From positions 2,016,001-2,080,000 of the forward strand of contig OY969934.1 of the NCBI GenBank assembly GCA_963704725.1: a stretch of 64,000 nt of DNA. The letters run 5' to 3'. Position numbers and translations under genes: made by a program. The DNA comes from an uncultured Actinomycetes bacterium (lineage in GTDB: Bacteria; Actinomycetota; UBA4738; HRBIN12). Below the pieces are notes generated by a model. The model worked only from the letters and a program-made list of their open reading frames with translations, was not told where the DNA came from and made no database searches. Position 1 is the stretch's first letter. Each line of letters starts with the position of its first letter. Of the stretch, positions 52,088 through 64,000 are shown piece by piece.

Positions 52088-52956
52088 CCCGGCCACGTGC
52101 GCACCACCGGGAAGCCCTCGGGCGGCGTGGGCTGCATCTGCGGCTCGTCGCCCATCCACCGATCCCACAGGATCCGCGCGGGGTTGAAGACCGGCCCGTC
52201 CGTGCACGCCCGAAGCTCGTCGTAGCCCGACCCGTCCTTGCGGATCACCGGGACCGTGCACGTGAAGCACATCCCCACGCCGCAGGCCATGCGCTCCTCC
52301 ACCGCCATCTGCGAGGGGATGCTGCGTTCGATGCAGCGCTCGGCGATCGCGCGGAGCGTGGAACGTCTGGCCGCGGCGTACACGACCTGGGCCCCGGTCG
52401 ACTCGAGCATGCCGGGCAACGCGTCCAGGACGTTGCCCTGCTCCCCGAGGCTCCCGTCCTCCGTCATGATCGCGACCGTCTGCGAGACGCGCTTGCCCTC
52501 GATCGGCTTGAAGACCTCGTCCATCGTGTCGGCGCCGACGATCATGTCGACCCGCTTGCCGCGGGCGCGGAGCTCCTGGGCCAGGTAGTAGATCGGCGCC
52601 GTGCCGTGTCCCTCCGAGACCAGCAGGCATCCCGAGAGCTTCGTGGGGTACGCGAACCCCTTGCCGAGCGGTCCGATCACGTCGAGGAACTGATGGGCCT
52701 TGGCCTCCGCCAGCCACGAGGTCCCCGCGCCCCTGGGGTCGAACACGAACTCGAGCGTGCCCGCCCATCCTCCTCGCCGCGACGCCTGGGCGATCGAGAA
52801 GTGCCGGCGCAGGAGGAACGCCCGGCCCTCGGGCATGCCCACCGAGAGGAACTGCCCGGGACGGACGCGCTCGGCCACCTCGGGCGCCACGATCGTGATC
52901 GATTGGTAGGCGCCGAACCGGCGCGCGTTCAGCACCTCCGCCCGCACGCGCCTCAC
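52084..52956 (-). CDS. pyrK: Dihydroorotate dehydrogenase electron-transfer subunit homolog
   Basis: PGQF, GPLGKGF, TEDGS, MACGVGMCFTC, CTDGPVF. Confidence 0.9.
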   Translation of the reverse strand: MRRVRAEVLNARRFGAYQSITIVAPEVAERVRPGQFLSVGMPEGRAFLLRRHFSIAQASRRGGWAGTLEFVFDPRGAGTSWLAEAKAHQFLDVIGPLGKGFAYPTKLSGCLLVSEGHGTAPIYYLAQELRARGKRVDMIVGADTMDEVFKPIEGKRVSQTVAIMTEDGSLGEQGNVLDALPGMLESTGAQVVYAAARRSTLRAIAERCIERSIPSQMAVEERMACGVGMCFTCTVPVIRKDGSGYDELRACTDGPVFNPARILWDRWMGDEPQMQPTPPEGFPVVRTWPG

Positions 52957-52960
52957 GGCC

Positions 52961-55900
52961 TCACCCTACCCGGCTCGTCGCGGCCCCGAGGGGGACCTGC
53001 ACCGGCCTCGGCGAGGCGGCGTGCTCGTGATATCGCTGCAGGTCGACGGGGGTTCCCGGCGCGCCTTGGAGCGCCTCGATCCCTCTGACCGCCGCCAGCG
53101 CGCCCGGCAGCGTCGTGATGCACGGGATGCCGGCCAGGGCCGACGCGGTCCGGACGAAGTATCCGTCGGTGCGCGGCCCGCGCCCGAACGGGGTGTTGAC
53201 GACGAGATCGACCTCGCCCTCGCGGATCAGGTCGACGATCGTGCGCCCGCCCTCCGAGACCTTGGCCACCCGCGTCACGGGGATCCCCGCCCGCTCCAGG
53301 ACGCCGGCCGTGCCCTTCGTCGCCAGGAGCCGGAACCCCAGGTCGGCCAGGCGCTTGGCCGGGAAGGCGATGGCGCGCTTGTCGCGGTTGGCCATCGAGA
53401 CGAACACGGTGCCTTCGCGCGGGAGCGCGGCACCGCTCGCCACGAGCGCCTTCGCCAGGGCCCGCCCCGGGTCTCCGTCGATCCCCATGACCTCGCCGGT
53501 CGAGCGCATCTCGGGCCCCAGCACGGTGTCGACGCCGGGGAACCGACCGAACGGCAGGACCGCCGCCTTCACACACGTGTACGGCAGGTGGCGGTAGTGA
53601 CCCGGGTCGGCGGGCACGATCCCCGACTCCGTGAGCTCGGCGAGCGAGCGCCCGAGCAGCACGAGCGCGGCCACCTTGGCCAGGGGAACGCCGACCGCCT
53701 TCGACACGAAGGGCACCGTCCGCGAGGCGCGCGGGTTCGCCTCGAGCACCCAGATCCGTTCGTCCTTCACCGCGAGCTGGACGTTGATCAGCCCGACGAC
53801 GCCGAGTCGCCGCGCCACCCGGCGCACGATGTCCTCGACCTCGTCCAGCTCCTCCTCGGCCAGCGTGGCCGGCGGGATCTGGCACGACGAGTCCCCGGAG
53901 TGCACTCCGGCCTCCTCGATGTGCTCCATCACCGCCCCCACGAAGACGTCCGCCCCGTCGCACACGGCGTCCACGTCGAGCTCGATCGCGCCCTCCAGGA
54001 ACCGATCGATCAGCACGGGGTGATCCGGCCCCGCCGCAGCGGCGGTCCTCACGAACCCCTCGAGCTCGTCCTCGCCGTACACGATCTCCATGGCCCGGCC
54101 TCCCAGCACGTACGACGGCCGAACCACGACCGGGTACCCGATCCGCTCCGCGATCTCCCGCGCCTCCCCTTGATCCCGCGCTTCCCCGTGCGCCGGCGCC
54201 GCGATCCCCAACTCCTCCAGCACCCCCGCGAACTTCCCCCGGTCCTCCGCCAGGTCGATCGCCACGGGCGACGTCCCGAGGATGCGGAACCCCGCCGCCT
54301 CGAGATCGTGCGCCAGCCGCAGCGGCGTCTGCCCCCCGAGCTGACACACGACCCCGATCGGACGTTCCGCCTCGCACACCGCGAGCACGTCCTCGGCGGA
54401 CAGCGGCTCGAGGTACAACCGCGAACTGGTGTCGTAGTCCGTGGAGACCGTCTCGGGATTCGAGTTCACCATCACGGCCTCGAACCCCGCCTCCTCCAAC
54501 GCCTCCGCCGCGTGCACACACGCGTAGTCGAACTCGATCCCCTGTCCGATCCGATTCGGCCCCGCTCCCAAGATCACGACTCGATCCCGCTCCGCCCCCC
54601 GAACCTCGTCCTCGTCCTCGTACGTCGAGTAGTGATAGGGCGTCCGTGCCGGGAACTCCCCCGCACACGTATCCACCGTCTTGAACACGACGCGCACCCC
54701 GAGCGCCGTCCGCCGAGCGCGCACGTCGGCCTCCGCCGACCCGGTGACCGAAGCGATCCGCCGATCCGACAGCCCGACCCGCTTCGCCTCGAGCAGCTCC
54801 TCGGCATCCAGCTCGTCCAGCGCCCGACCGGCGATCGCGCCGACCTCCTCGACGACCTGCGCGATCTGATCCACGAACCACGCATCGATGTGCGACACGG
54901 CAGAGATCTCATCCACCGAGCGTCCAGCTTGCAGCGCAGCCTCGACGAGGTGGAGCCGCCGCTCCGTCGGGACCGCGAGCGACCCCAAGCCGGCGGGGTC
55001 GCCGCCGGCCCCGAGGTCCGCACCACCCACCTCCAGAGCCCGCCACGCCTTCCCCAGCGCCTCCTTGAACGTGCGGCCGATCGCCATGACCTCGCCCACG
55101 CTCTTCATCGTCGACGTGAGCACCGGGTCGGCCTCGGGGAACTTCTCGAACGCGAACCGCGGGACCTTCACGACCACGTAGTCGAGCGTGGGCTCGAAGG
55201 CCGCGAGCGTCTCCCCGGTGATGTCGTTCGGGATCTCGTCGAGCGTGTATCCGACGGCCAGCAGCGCGGCGATCTTCGCGATCGGGAAGCCCGTGGCTTT
55301 CGACGCGAGGGCGCTGCTGCGCGACACGCGGGGGTTCATCTCGATGAGGACCTGGCGACCCGTCATCGGGTCGACCGCGAATTGGATGTTGGAACCGCCG
55401 GTCTCGACGCCGATAGCTCGGATGCAGGCGAGCGCCGCGTCGCGCATCGTCTGGTACTCGCGGTCCGAGAGCGTCATCTGCGGGGCGACGGTGATGGAGT
55501 CGCCGGTATGGACGCCCATGGGGTCGACGTTCTCGATGGAGCAGACGACGACGGCGTTGTCGGCGGCGTCGCGCATGACCTCGAGCTCGAATTCCTTCCA
55601 CCCGGCCACGGACTCCTCGACGAGGACCTCGGTGACCGGGCTGATCTCGAGGCTCCGTCGTGCGACGCGCGCGAGCTCGTCCGGATCGTGGGCGAAGCCG
55701 CTGCCGCCGCCGCCGAGCGTGAACGAGGGACGAACGATCACCGGGTAGCCGAGGTCGTCGCCGATCGCGAGGGCCTCGTCGACGGTGTGGGCGATGCCGG
55801 CCCTCGGCACGTCGAGGCCGGCGGCCTGCATCGTGGTCTTGAAGCCGCTGCGGTCCTCGGCGCGGCGGATGGCGTCCAGGCCGGCGCCGATGAGCTCGAC

Positions 55901-56236
55901 GCCCAGGCGGCCGAGGTCGCCGGATGAGGCCAGGGCGACGGCGACGTTGAGGGCGGTCTGGCCGCCGAGGGTGGGGAGCAGGACGTCGGGGCGCTCCCGC
56001 TCCAGGACCTGGAGGACGGACTCGGGCGTGAGGGGTTCGATGTAGGTGCGGTCGGCGAACTCAGGGTCGGTCATGATCGTCGCGGGGTTCGAGTTCACGA
56101 GCGAGACGTGGAAGCCCTCCCGCCGAAGGACCTTGCAGGCCTGGGTGCCTGAGTAGTCGAACTCGCACGCCTGGCCGATCACGATGGGGCCGGAGCCGAC
56201 GATGAGGATCCGCTCGAGGTCCGTGCGCCTCGGCAT
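52961..56236 (-). CDS. carB: Carbamoyl-phosphate synthase large subunit
   Basis: [51 protein letters not shown]. Confidence 0.98.
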   Translation of the reverse strand: MPRRTDLERILIVGSGPIVIGQACEFDYSGTQACKVLRREGFHVSLVNSNPATIMTDPEFADRTYIEPLTPESVLQVLERERPDVLLPTLGGQTALNVAVALASSGDLGRLGVELIGAGLDAIRRAEDRSGFKTTMQAAGLDVPRAGIAHTVDEALAIGDDLGYPVIVRPSFTLGGGGSGFAHDPDELARVARRSLEISPVTEVLVEESVAGWKEFELEVMRDAADNAVVVCSIENVDPMGVHTGDSITVAPQMTLSDREYQTMRDAALACIRAIGVETGGSNIQFAVDPMTGRQVLIEMNPRVSRSSALASKATGFPIAKIAALLAVGYTLDEIPNDITGETLAAFEPTLDYVVVKVPRFAFEKFPEADPVLTSTMKSVGEVMAIGRTFKEALGKAWRALEVGGADLGAGGDPAGLGSLAVPTERRLHLVEAALQAGRSVDEISAVSHIDAWFVDQIAQVVEEVGAIAGRALDELDAEELLEAKRVGLSDRRIASVTGSAEADVRARRTALGVRVVFKTVDTCAGEFPARTPYHYSTYEDEDEVRGAERDRVVILGAGPNRIGQGIEFDYACVHAAEALEEAGFEAVMVNSNPETVSTDYDTSSRLYLEPLSAEDVLAVCEAERPIGVVCQLGGQTPLRLAHDLEAAGFRILGTSPVAIDLAEDRGKFAGVLEELGIAAPAHGEARDQGEAREIAERIGYPVVVRPSYVLGGRAMEIVYGEDELEGFVRTAAAAGPDHPVLIDRFLEGAIELDVDAVCDGADVFVGAVMEHIEEAGVHSGDSSCQIPPATLAEEELDEVEDIVRRVARRLGVVGLINVQLAVKDERIWVLEANPRASRTVPFVSKAVGVPLAKVAALVLLGRSLAELTESGIVPADPGHYRHLPYTCVKAAVLPFGRFPGVDTVLGPEMRSTGEVMGIDGDPGRALAKALVASGAALPREGTVFVSMANRDKRAIAFPAKRLADLGFRLLATKGTAGVLERAGIPVTRVAKVSEGGRTIVDLIREGEVDLVVNTPFGRGPRTDGYFVRTASALAGIPCITTLPGALAAVRGIEALQGAPGTPVDLQRYHEHAASPRPVQVPLGAATSRVG

Positions 56237-57363
56237 CAGGGCGTCCCCATGAGGGCGCGGAACTCCTCGAACAGGTGCCTCGAGTCGTGGGGGCCGGGTG
56301 CGGCCTCGGGGTGGTACTGCACCGCGAGCGCCGGGACGTCGAGGCATCGCAATCCCTCGAGCGCCCCGTCGTTGAGGTTCCAGTGGCTGAGCTCGGCACG
56401 GCCGAACGCGGTCTCGGCCACGACGCCCTCGCGGGGCCATCCCTCCGGGTCGACGGCGAAGCCGTGGTTGTGGCTCGTGATCTCGACCCGCCCGGTCCGC
56501 AGGTCCTTCACCGGCTGGTTCGCGCCCCGATGGCCGAACTTCATCTTGTACGTCCGTCCGCCGAGCGCGAGCGCGAGGAGCTGGTGCCCGAGGCAGATGC
56601 CGAACACCGGCACACGCCCCAGGAGCTCGCGCGCGGCCGCGATCCCATAGCGGGTGGCGGCGGGGTCGCCCGGCCCGTTCGACAGGAACACGCCGTCGAA
56701 GCCGTCGACGTGGTTCGGCGGCGTCCGCGCCGGGAACACCGTCGCCTCGATGCCGGACGCCGCGAGCCGGCGCAGGGAGTTCCGCTTCAGCCCGAAGTCG
56801 TAGGCGGCGACCCGGAACACCGGCCCGCGCTCCGCCGAGGCCCGACCGACCACGTCGCGCGCTTCGTACGGCTCGGGTGCCGAGACGTCGCCCGCCAGGT
56901 CGGCGCCCTCCATGCCGGGCGTGGCGCGGACGCGCTCCAGGAGCGAGGCGGGATCGAGGTCCTCCGTGGACAGCCCGCACCGCATCGCGCCGCCCTCGCG
57001 GAGCCGGAGCGTGAGTCGCCTCGTGTCCACGCCCTCCACCCCGACCACGCCGGCGTCGGCGAGCTCCTCCCCCAGCGTTCGCACCGCCCGCCGGCTCGAG
57101 GCGCGCCGGGAGGCCTCGCGCACCACGAAGCCGGAGACCCGGACGCGGTCCGACTCGGGGTCCTCGAGGTTCGTCCCGTAGTTGCCCTGGTGCGGCGAGG
57201 TCATCGTGACGACCTGCCCGGCGTAGGAGGGGTCGGTGAGCACCTCCTGGTATCCGGACATGCCGGTGTTGAAGACGGCCTCCCCGAACGCCTCCCCGGT
57301 CGCCCCGAACGCCCGCCCCCGGAACACCGTGCCGTCCTCGAGGACGAGGACGGCGACCGTCAC
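56236..57363 (-). CDS. carA: Carbamoyl-phosphate synthase small subunit
   Basis: LEDG, TDPSY, SNGPGDP, GICLGHQ, QYHPE. Confidence 0.98.
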   Translation of the reverse strand: MTVAVLVLEDGTVFRGRAFGATGEAFGEAVFNTGMSGYQEVLTDPSYAGQVVTMTSPHQGNYGTNLEDPESDRVRVSGFVVREASRRASSRRAVRTLGEELADAGVVGVEGVDTRRLTLRLREGGAMRCGLSTEDLDPASLLERVRATPGMEGADLAGDVSAPEPYEARDVVGRASAERGPVFRVAAYDFGLKRNSLRRLAASGIEATVFPARTPPNHVDGFDGVFLSNGPGDPAATRYGIAAARELLGRVPVFGICLGHQLLALALGGRTYKMKFGHRGANQPVKDLRTGRVEITSHNHGFAVDPEGWPREGVVAETAFGRAELSHWNLNDGALEGLRCLDVPALAVQYHPEAAPGPHDSRHLFEEFRALMGTP

Positions 57364-58647
57364 CGCTGCGCCTTCCCGTCGGCGACGACCAACCGGCCCC
57401 GGTACACGGTGTGGATCACGCGGCCTCGGAGCGTGCGGCCGAGGAACGCACTGTTGCGACTCTTGGAGGCGAACGGCGTCTCGACCACCCACTCGGCGCC
57501 GGGATCGAACAGGACGAGGTTCGCAGGACTTCCCGGCTCGATCGGCCCGCCGTGGTCGGCGGCCCCGAGGATCCGCGCCGGCGTCCTCGACAGGGCCTCG
57601 ACCGCCCGGGCCAGCGTCATCGTGCCCGGCTCGACGACGTGGGTCAGGACGGCGGCCAGGGCCGTCTCCAGCCCGATCGTCCCCGGTGGGGCCTGGTCGA
57701 ACTCGACCTCCTTCTCCTCGACCGCATGTGGCGCGTGGTCCGTGGCGACGGCGTCGATCGTGCCGTCGGCGAGCCCGGCCCGGAGCGCGTCCCGGTCCTC
57801 CGGCGTCCGCAGCGGCGGGTGCACCTTGAAGTTGGTGTCGTAGGTGACGAGGTCCTCGTCGCTGAACGCGAGGTGATGCGGCGTCACCTCCGCGGTCACG
57901 CGGAGCCCGTCGGCCTTGGCCCGCCGCACCAGGTCGACCGATCCGGCCGACGACAGGTGCTGGACGTGGAGCCGGCCGCCGGTGAGCCGCGCCAGGGCGA
58001 GATCGCGACCCACGATGATCTCCTCCGACTCGCGGGGCCGCCCGGCCAGCCCGAGCTCGTACGAGTGCGCCCCCTCGTGCATCTGCCCGCCCTCGGCGAG
58101 CGTGGGGTCCTCGCAGTGCTCGGCGATGATGACGCCCTCGAAGGTGCGGGCGTACGTGAGCGCGTTCCGGAGCACCCGGGCGTCCGGCACCGTGTCGCCG
58201 TCGTCGCTGAACATGCGGACCCCGGCCTCCACCATCTCGCCGAGCTCGGCCATCGCCTCGCCGCCCCGGCCGCGGGTGATGGCGCCGGCGGGGAACACGT
58301 CGCAGAGCCCGGCGCGGATGCCGAGGTCGCGGACCTCGTGGATCACGGCCGCGTTGTCCGCGACCGGGTCGGTGTTCGCCATCGGCGAGACCGCGGTGAA
58401 GCCACCGATGGCCGCGGCCCGGCACCCCGTCTCGACGGTCTCCTTGTCCTCCCGCCCTGGCTCGCGCAGGTGCGTGTGCAGGTCGACGAGCCCCGGCGAC
58501 AGCACGAGCCCGTCGCATTCGAGGACCGTGGCGCCCGCCGTGCCACCGTCGGCCGGGGCGATCCGGCCGTCGTCGACGAGCACGTCCCCGGTCTCGTCGC
58601 GTCCCGACGCCGGGTCGACGATCCGCGCGCCCCGGATCCAGATGCGC

Positions 58648-58655
<8 letters not shown>
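57360..58655 (-). CDS. pyrC: Dihydroorotase
   Basis: [34 protein letters not shown]. Confidence 0.96.
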
Positions 58656-60337
<1,682 letters not shown>

Positions 60338-60522
60338 AAGGTCGTTGCCGAGGATAGCCCCCACCCCGGGGCCCGACAACGAGCGGGACCAGACCCGCCC
60401 GAGATACGCCGTTCGGCGCAGGACATCGCGGGGACGGAAGTGGACCATCGTGCGGGGGCGAGACAGGGAGGGAGCATGATCGGCGACGAAGGCCGCCGGG
60501 CCATCCGGCGTCGGGCCCGGTG

Positions 60523-60816
60523 GTGAGCGTGGGCCAGCGGGACGACGACGTCCCGGGACGACCGAGGCCCTCGTCGGGCCCGATCGTGCTCGCGATCCTG
60601 CTCGCGGCCCTGCTGCTCGCCGGCGCCCTCGTGCTGATCGACGTCAACCGTGCCGCTCGTTGCGAGCGCTACGGGCGGAACGTGCTCGAGTTCTACCAGC
60701 GGCAGTCCGACTTCGAGAGGGCCTCCCCCGACGAGGAGCCCGTCTCCCAGGCCACCCTCACGGCCACTCTCCTCGAGGCCGTCGGCTACCCTCCCCCGGG
60801 CTGCGAGCTGCCCTGA
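60523..60816 (+). CDS. Small single-TM hypothetical protein
   Basis: One hydrophobic helix, two Cys in the C-terminal part, GC-ending codons. Confidence 0.6.
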   Translation: MSVGQRDDDVPGRPRPSSGPIVLAILLAALLLAGALVLIDVNRAARCERYGRNVLEFYQRQSDFERASPDEEPVSQATLTATLLEAVGYPPPGCELP

Positions 60817-60905
60817 TCGAGGCCGGCGGCGCCTCGGGTGGGGCCGAGTCGGTCTCCAGGGCCTACACTGGCGGCGACGTCGAGGAACGCGGAGGAGGTT
60901 GCCGA

Positions 60906-61115
60906 ATGCCTGGTGGTCCGGAGTGGGTCATCGTCCTGGTGATCTTGGTGCTGCTCTTCGGGGCGAAGAAGCTCCCGGAGCTGGCGCGATCGGTCGGCAA
61001 GTCCACCTCCGAGTTCAAGAAGGGCATGGCCGAGGGCTCGACCGAGGCCGACGCCGCCGGCGCATCGGACGACGCCGCCCCCCGGCCCGAGCACACGGCC
61101 GAGACGAAGGAGTAG
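60906..61115 (+). CDS. tatA: Twin-arginine translocase TatA/E subunit
   Basis: EWVIVLVILVLLFGAKKLPELARSVG..EFKKG; SD GGAGGAGG; TACACT -10 upstream. Confidence 0.95.
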   Translation: MPGGPEWVIVLVILVLLFGAKKLPELARSVGKSTSEFKKGMAEGSTEADAAGASDDAAPRPEHTAETKE

Positions 61116-61199
61116 GCGTCCGGGGCCGGCCGCACGGACCCGCGGCATGATCCGGCCCCGCGCGTAAGCGCGCCGCCCTCCTCGGGTGTTCACGCTCCG

Positions 61200-61724
61200 A
61201 TGGACGAGGCGCTCGATCTATACGATCCCCCGATCGCCGCGCGCGGCGCCCTGCCGCTGTTCGAGGACTTCTTCGAGGAGCATCGCGCGCGTCTGCACGC
61301 CGCCCTGTGGCTGGTCGCTCGAGACCACCACGAGGCCGAGGAGATCGCACAGGATGCGTTCGTGCGGTTGTGGGAGCGCTGGGACCGGGTCCGCACGCTC
61401 GAGGATCCCGCCGGCTACCTGTACCGGACGGCCATGAACCTGTTCCGGAACCGGCGCCGCCGCGCCGCGCTCGCCCTCCGGCGGCTCGTGCGCGCCGTCC
61501 CGGCCCCGGACGCCACCGCTCCGGTGGATGCCGCGGACGCGATCCATCGCGGGCTGCTTGCCCTCACGGCCCGGCAGCGCGCCGCGCTCGTCCTCACCGA
61601 CCTGCTCGACATGACCTCGGAGGAGGCCGGGCGAGCGCTCGGCGTGCGCCCCTCGACGGTGCGCGTGCTCGCCGCCCGCGCCCGGGCCGCCCTCCGCCGC
61701 GAGATCGGAGGCGAGGATGCGTAG
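61200..61724 (+). CDS. ECF RNA polymerase sigma-70 factor
   Basis: EAEEIAQDAF region 2, YLYRTAMN, region 4 LTARQRAALVL...STVR. Confidence 0.92.
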   Translation: MDEALDLYDPPIAARGALPLFEDFFEEHRARLHAALWLVARDHHEAEEIAQDAFVRLWERWDRVRTLEDPAGYLYRTAMNLFRNRRRRAALALRRLVRAVPAPDATAPVDAADAIHRGLLALTARQRAALVLTDLLDMTSEEAGRALGVRPSTVRVLAARARAALRREIGGEDA

Positions 61725-62712
61725 CACGAAGGACCTCCTGGAACGGGCTGCCCGCTCGGCGCCGCAGGGCGCGTTCGGCGTGGACGACCTTCGCCGGCGC
61801 CGCGACCGCCGCCGGGAGCGGCAGCGCCTCGGCACGAGCCTGGTCGCGCTTGCGCTGACGGTCCTGGTGTTCGGCGGGGTGTTCGCCGTCCTGCGCGACC
61901 GCGGCGAGGAGTCGTCCGTGGGATCGACGGGGCCCAGCGGCACAGCGACCGCCGTGCTTCCCCCCGCATCCTCCGCGCCCCTGCAGGCGGGTCCCGGCCA
62001 GTACTACTACGCAAGGACGTGGAGCCATTCCGCCCGCATCTGCACCGTGGACGGATCAGGAATGACGTGCACGTTCTCGACGGTCGAGTCCGAGAGCTGG
62101 TGGGCTGCCGACGAGTCGGGGCGGATCGCCTCGAGCGATCGCGACGAGTCCTACGGGGCCGGCGAGTACCCACACGACACGGTCACGACCGGTCTGCCGA
62201 CCGACCCGGCTCGGCTTCGCGAGGCGATGTTCGCCCGCTCCGGGTCGGGTGGCGCCTCGCCCGAGCCGCAGACGACCGTCTCGCCGGGTCAGGACGCCGA
62301 GGACGCGAGCGTCGAGCAGTCCATCGTGAACCTGCTCTCCATGCCGAACACCACGCCGGCGCTACGAGCAGGGTTGCTCGAGGTCCTCGCCGAGATGCCG
62401 GACGCGACCGTCGAACTCGCGGCCACGGACCCGGCCGGGCGGCCTGCGTACCGGATCACCGTCACGACGTTCGGCGGTCCCACGGTGCACGAGCTCTACG
62501 TCGACCCCGCCACGCACGAGCTGCTCGCGCACGTCCAGACGGGCCGGGACGGGACGCTGGTGGAGGAGTTCGTCCTCGAGGCCGCCGGTGTCGCGAACGG
62601 AACCGTCGACCCGGCCGCCGAGAGCGTCGTGCCGGCGCCGGTCAGCCTTCCCGAGGTGGACGATGCCGACCCGGGATCGGCGCCCGTGGTCGAACCCTCG
62701 CCCTCGGCATAG
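61717..62712 (+). CDS. Single-TM putative anti-sigma factor (CU044_5270-like)
   Basis: Overlaps the sigma gene; Arg-rich segment, TM helix, LPTDP, TDPAGRP, ELYVDPATHELL. Confidence 0.7.
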   Translation: MRSTKDLLERAARSAPQGAFGVDDLRRRRDRRRERQRLGTSLVALALTVLVFGGVFAVLRDRGEESSVGSTGPSGTATAVLPPASSAPLQAGPGQYYYARTWSHSARICTVDGSGMTCTFSTVESESWWAADESGRIASSDRDESYGAGEYPHDTVTTGLPTDPARLREAMFARSGSGGASPEPQTTVSPGQDAEDASVEQSIVNLLSMPNTTPALRAGLLEVLAEMPDATVELAATDPAGRPAYRITVTTFGGPTVHELYVDPATHELLAHVQTGRDGTLVEEFVLEAAGVANGTVDPAAESVVPAPVSLPEVDDADPGSAPVVEPSPSA

Positions 62713-62759
62713 CGACCTCGGATCGATCCTCGGGATCGGGCCCGCCGGGAGGCGCCGGG

Positions 62760-63200
62760 CTACCCGGGCTCGGGTGACGAGACGACGGTTCCACCGCCGG
62801 CGAGGTCGCGCGCGAGCTTGCCGAGGACGCCGTTCACGAAGCGGCCGGAATCCTCCGTGGAGAGCTCCTTCGCGGCACGGACGGCCTCGTCGATCACCAC
62901 GCCGGCGGGCATGTCGACGCCGAAGGAAAGCTCGAATGTCGCCACCCGCAGAATCGTGCGGTCGAGCGAGGGCATCCGCTCGACGCGCCAGCCCTCGGCA
63001 ACATCGCCGATCGAGCGGTCGAGGTCGTCAAGATGCGCCGAGACGCCCTCCACCAGCTCGCGCGTGAAGGGCGGGATCTCGCGGCCGGCGGCCTCCCACT
63101 CGTGGAGCACGTCGCCGCCGACGGCGTGCGTGACGTCGGCCTGATACAGGACGTCGAGGGCGAGGCGCCGGGCCTCGCGCCGCGACGGCTCGCGGGTCAC
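62760..63200 (-). CDS. nusB: Transcription antitermination factor NusB
   Basis: RREARRLALDVLYQ, LDRTILR, DEAV, FVNGVL. Confidence 0.96.
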   Translation of the reverse strand: MTREPSRREARRLALDVLYQADVTHAVGGDVLHEWEAAGREIPPFTRELVEGVSAHLDDLDRSIGDVAEGWRVERMPSLDRTILRVATFELSFGVDMPAGVVIDEAVRAAKELSTEDSGRFVNGVLGKLARDLAGGGTVVSSPEPG

Positions 63201-63760
63201 TTCACGCGCTCGATGTACGCCCCGGTGCGCGTGTCGACCTTGACCCGCTCCCCCTCCTCGACGAACAGCGGGACCTGCGCCACGTAGCCGGTCTCGAGCG
63301 TCGCGGGCTTCAGGGTGTTCGTCTTCGTGTCGCCCTTCACGGCCGGCTGGGTCTGCGTGACGGTCAGGGCCACCGAGGCGGGGAGCTCCAGCCCGATCGG
63401 CACGCCCTGGTGGACGGCGACCTGGGCCATGGACCCCTCGGACAGGTAGTGGGCGGCGTCGCCGACGATGGCGGCGGGGATGGGGAGCTGCTCGTAGGTC
63501 TCCGTGTCCATGAACGTGAAGAAGTCGCCGTCACCGTAGAGGTACTGCATCTCCTTGCGCTCGACGATGGCGAGGCCGACCTTGACGCCGGCGTTGAAGG
63601 TGCGCTCGACGACGCCGCCGGTCTTGAGGTTCCGGAGCTTCGTCCGGACGAACGCGCCCCCCTTGCCCGGCTTCACGTGCTGGAACTCGACGATCTGGAA
63701 CAGGTTCCCGTCCAGCTCGAGCGTCATGCCGTTCTTCAGGTCGTTCGTGGACACGCTCAT
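63197..63760 (-). CDS. efp: Elongation factor P
   Basis: HVKPGKGGAFVRTKL, QYLY, KPATLETG, VDTRTG. Confidence 0.98.
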   Translation of the reverse strand: MSVSTNDLKNGMTLELDGNLFQIVEFQHVKPGKGGAFVRTKLRNLKTGGVVERTFNAGVKVGLAIVERKEMQYLYGDGDFFTFMDTETYEQLPIPAAIVGDAAHYLSEGSMAQVAVHQGVPIGLELPASVALTVTQTQPAVKGDTKTNTLKPATLETGYVAQVPLFVEEGERVKVDTRTGAYIERVK

Positions 63761-64000
63761 GGCAGCACCACCAGCTCCTTGGTCGATCGCGGGATGGGGC
63801 GGCATCCGCCGGCGGTCACCTCGACCATGTCCTCGATGCGGACGCCCCCGAGTCCCGGAATGTACACGCCGGGTTCGATCGTGACGACCGCGCCGTCGGG
63901 CACGTCGTCCGTTGCGTCCCAGCGCAGGCGGGGGTCCTCGTGGATCTCGAGCCCCACCCCGTGGCCGAGGCCGTGGGGGAACTCCTTGCCGAGCCCGGCC
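63757..64000 (-). CDS. Xaa-Pro (M24B) aminopeptidase, 3' part
   Basis: HGLGHGVGLEIHE, TIEPGVY, GGVRIED; upstream of efp. Confidence 0.93.
   Translation of the reverse strand, partial: AGLGKEFPHGLGHGVGLEIHEDPRLRWDATDDVPDGAVVTIEPGVYIPGLGGVRIEDMVEVTAGGCRPIPRSTKELVVLP

Overview
A very GC-rich actinobacterial core-genome window with no phage, IS, CRISPR or tRNA recognised. The 16S/23S signatures and mIHF point to a deep-branching Actinomycetota lineage; class-level placement needs a database search. Most genes are on the minus strand, in the usual actinobacterial order: pepQ-efp-nusB, pyrR-pyrB-pyrC-carAB-pyrK-pyrD-pyrF, mihF-gmk-rpoZ-coaBC-metK-priA-def-fmt-rsmB-rpe, an FMN riboswitch with ribD-ribE-ribBA-ribH, csp, infC-rpmI-rplT-trmH-pheST-argF, polX-mpg, tyrS, one 16S-23S-5S operon, and tlyA-nadK-recN-steA-steB-glycosyltransferases-pyrG. 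The novelty lies inside ordinary-looking genes. (1) A TrmH/SPOUT RNA methyltransferase is fused in frame to a histidine-kinase core that keeps the phospho-acceptor His but has a degenerate ATP-binding domain. (2) PyrD has its catalytic Cys and most substrate-binding Asn residues replaced, and its partner PyrK has altered NAD-domain motifs, in an otherwise intact pyr operon. (3) TyrRS has TLGW and KMSQS in place of HIGH and KMSKS. (4) A remodelled Rpe is translationally coupled to a REC-GGDEF protein. (5) There are candidate non-canonical starts: GTC for infC, ACG for steA, and gmk lying in frame behind the mihF stop. All family assignments come from motif recognition by eye; no searches were run.
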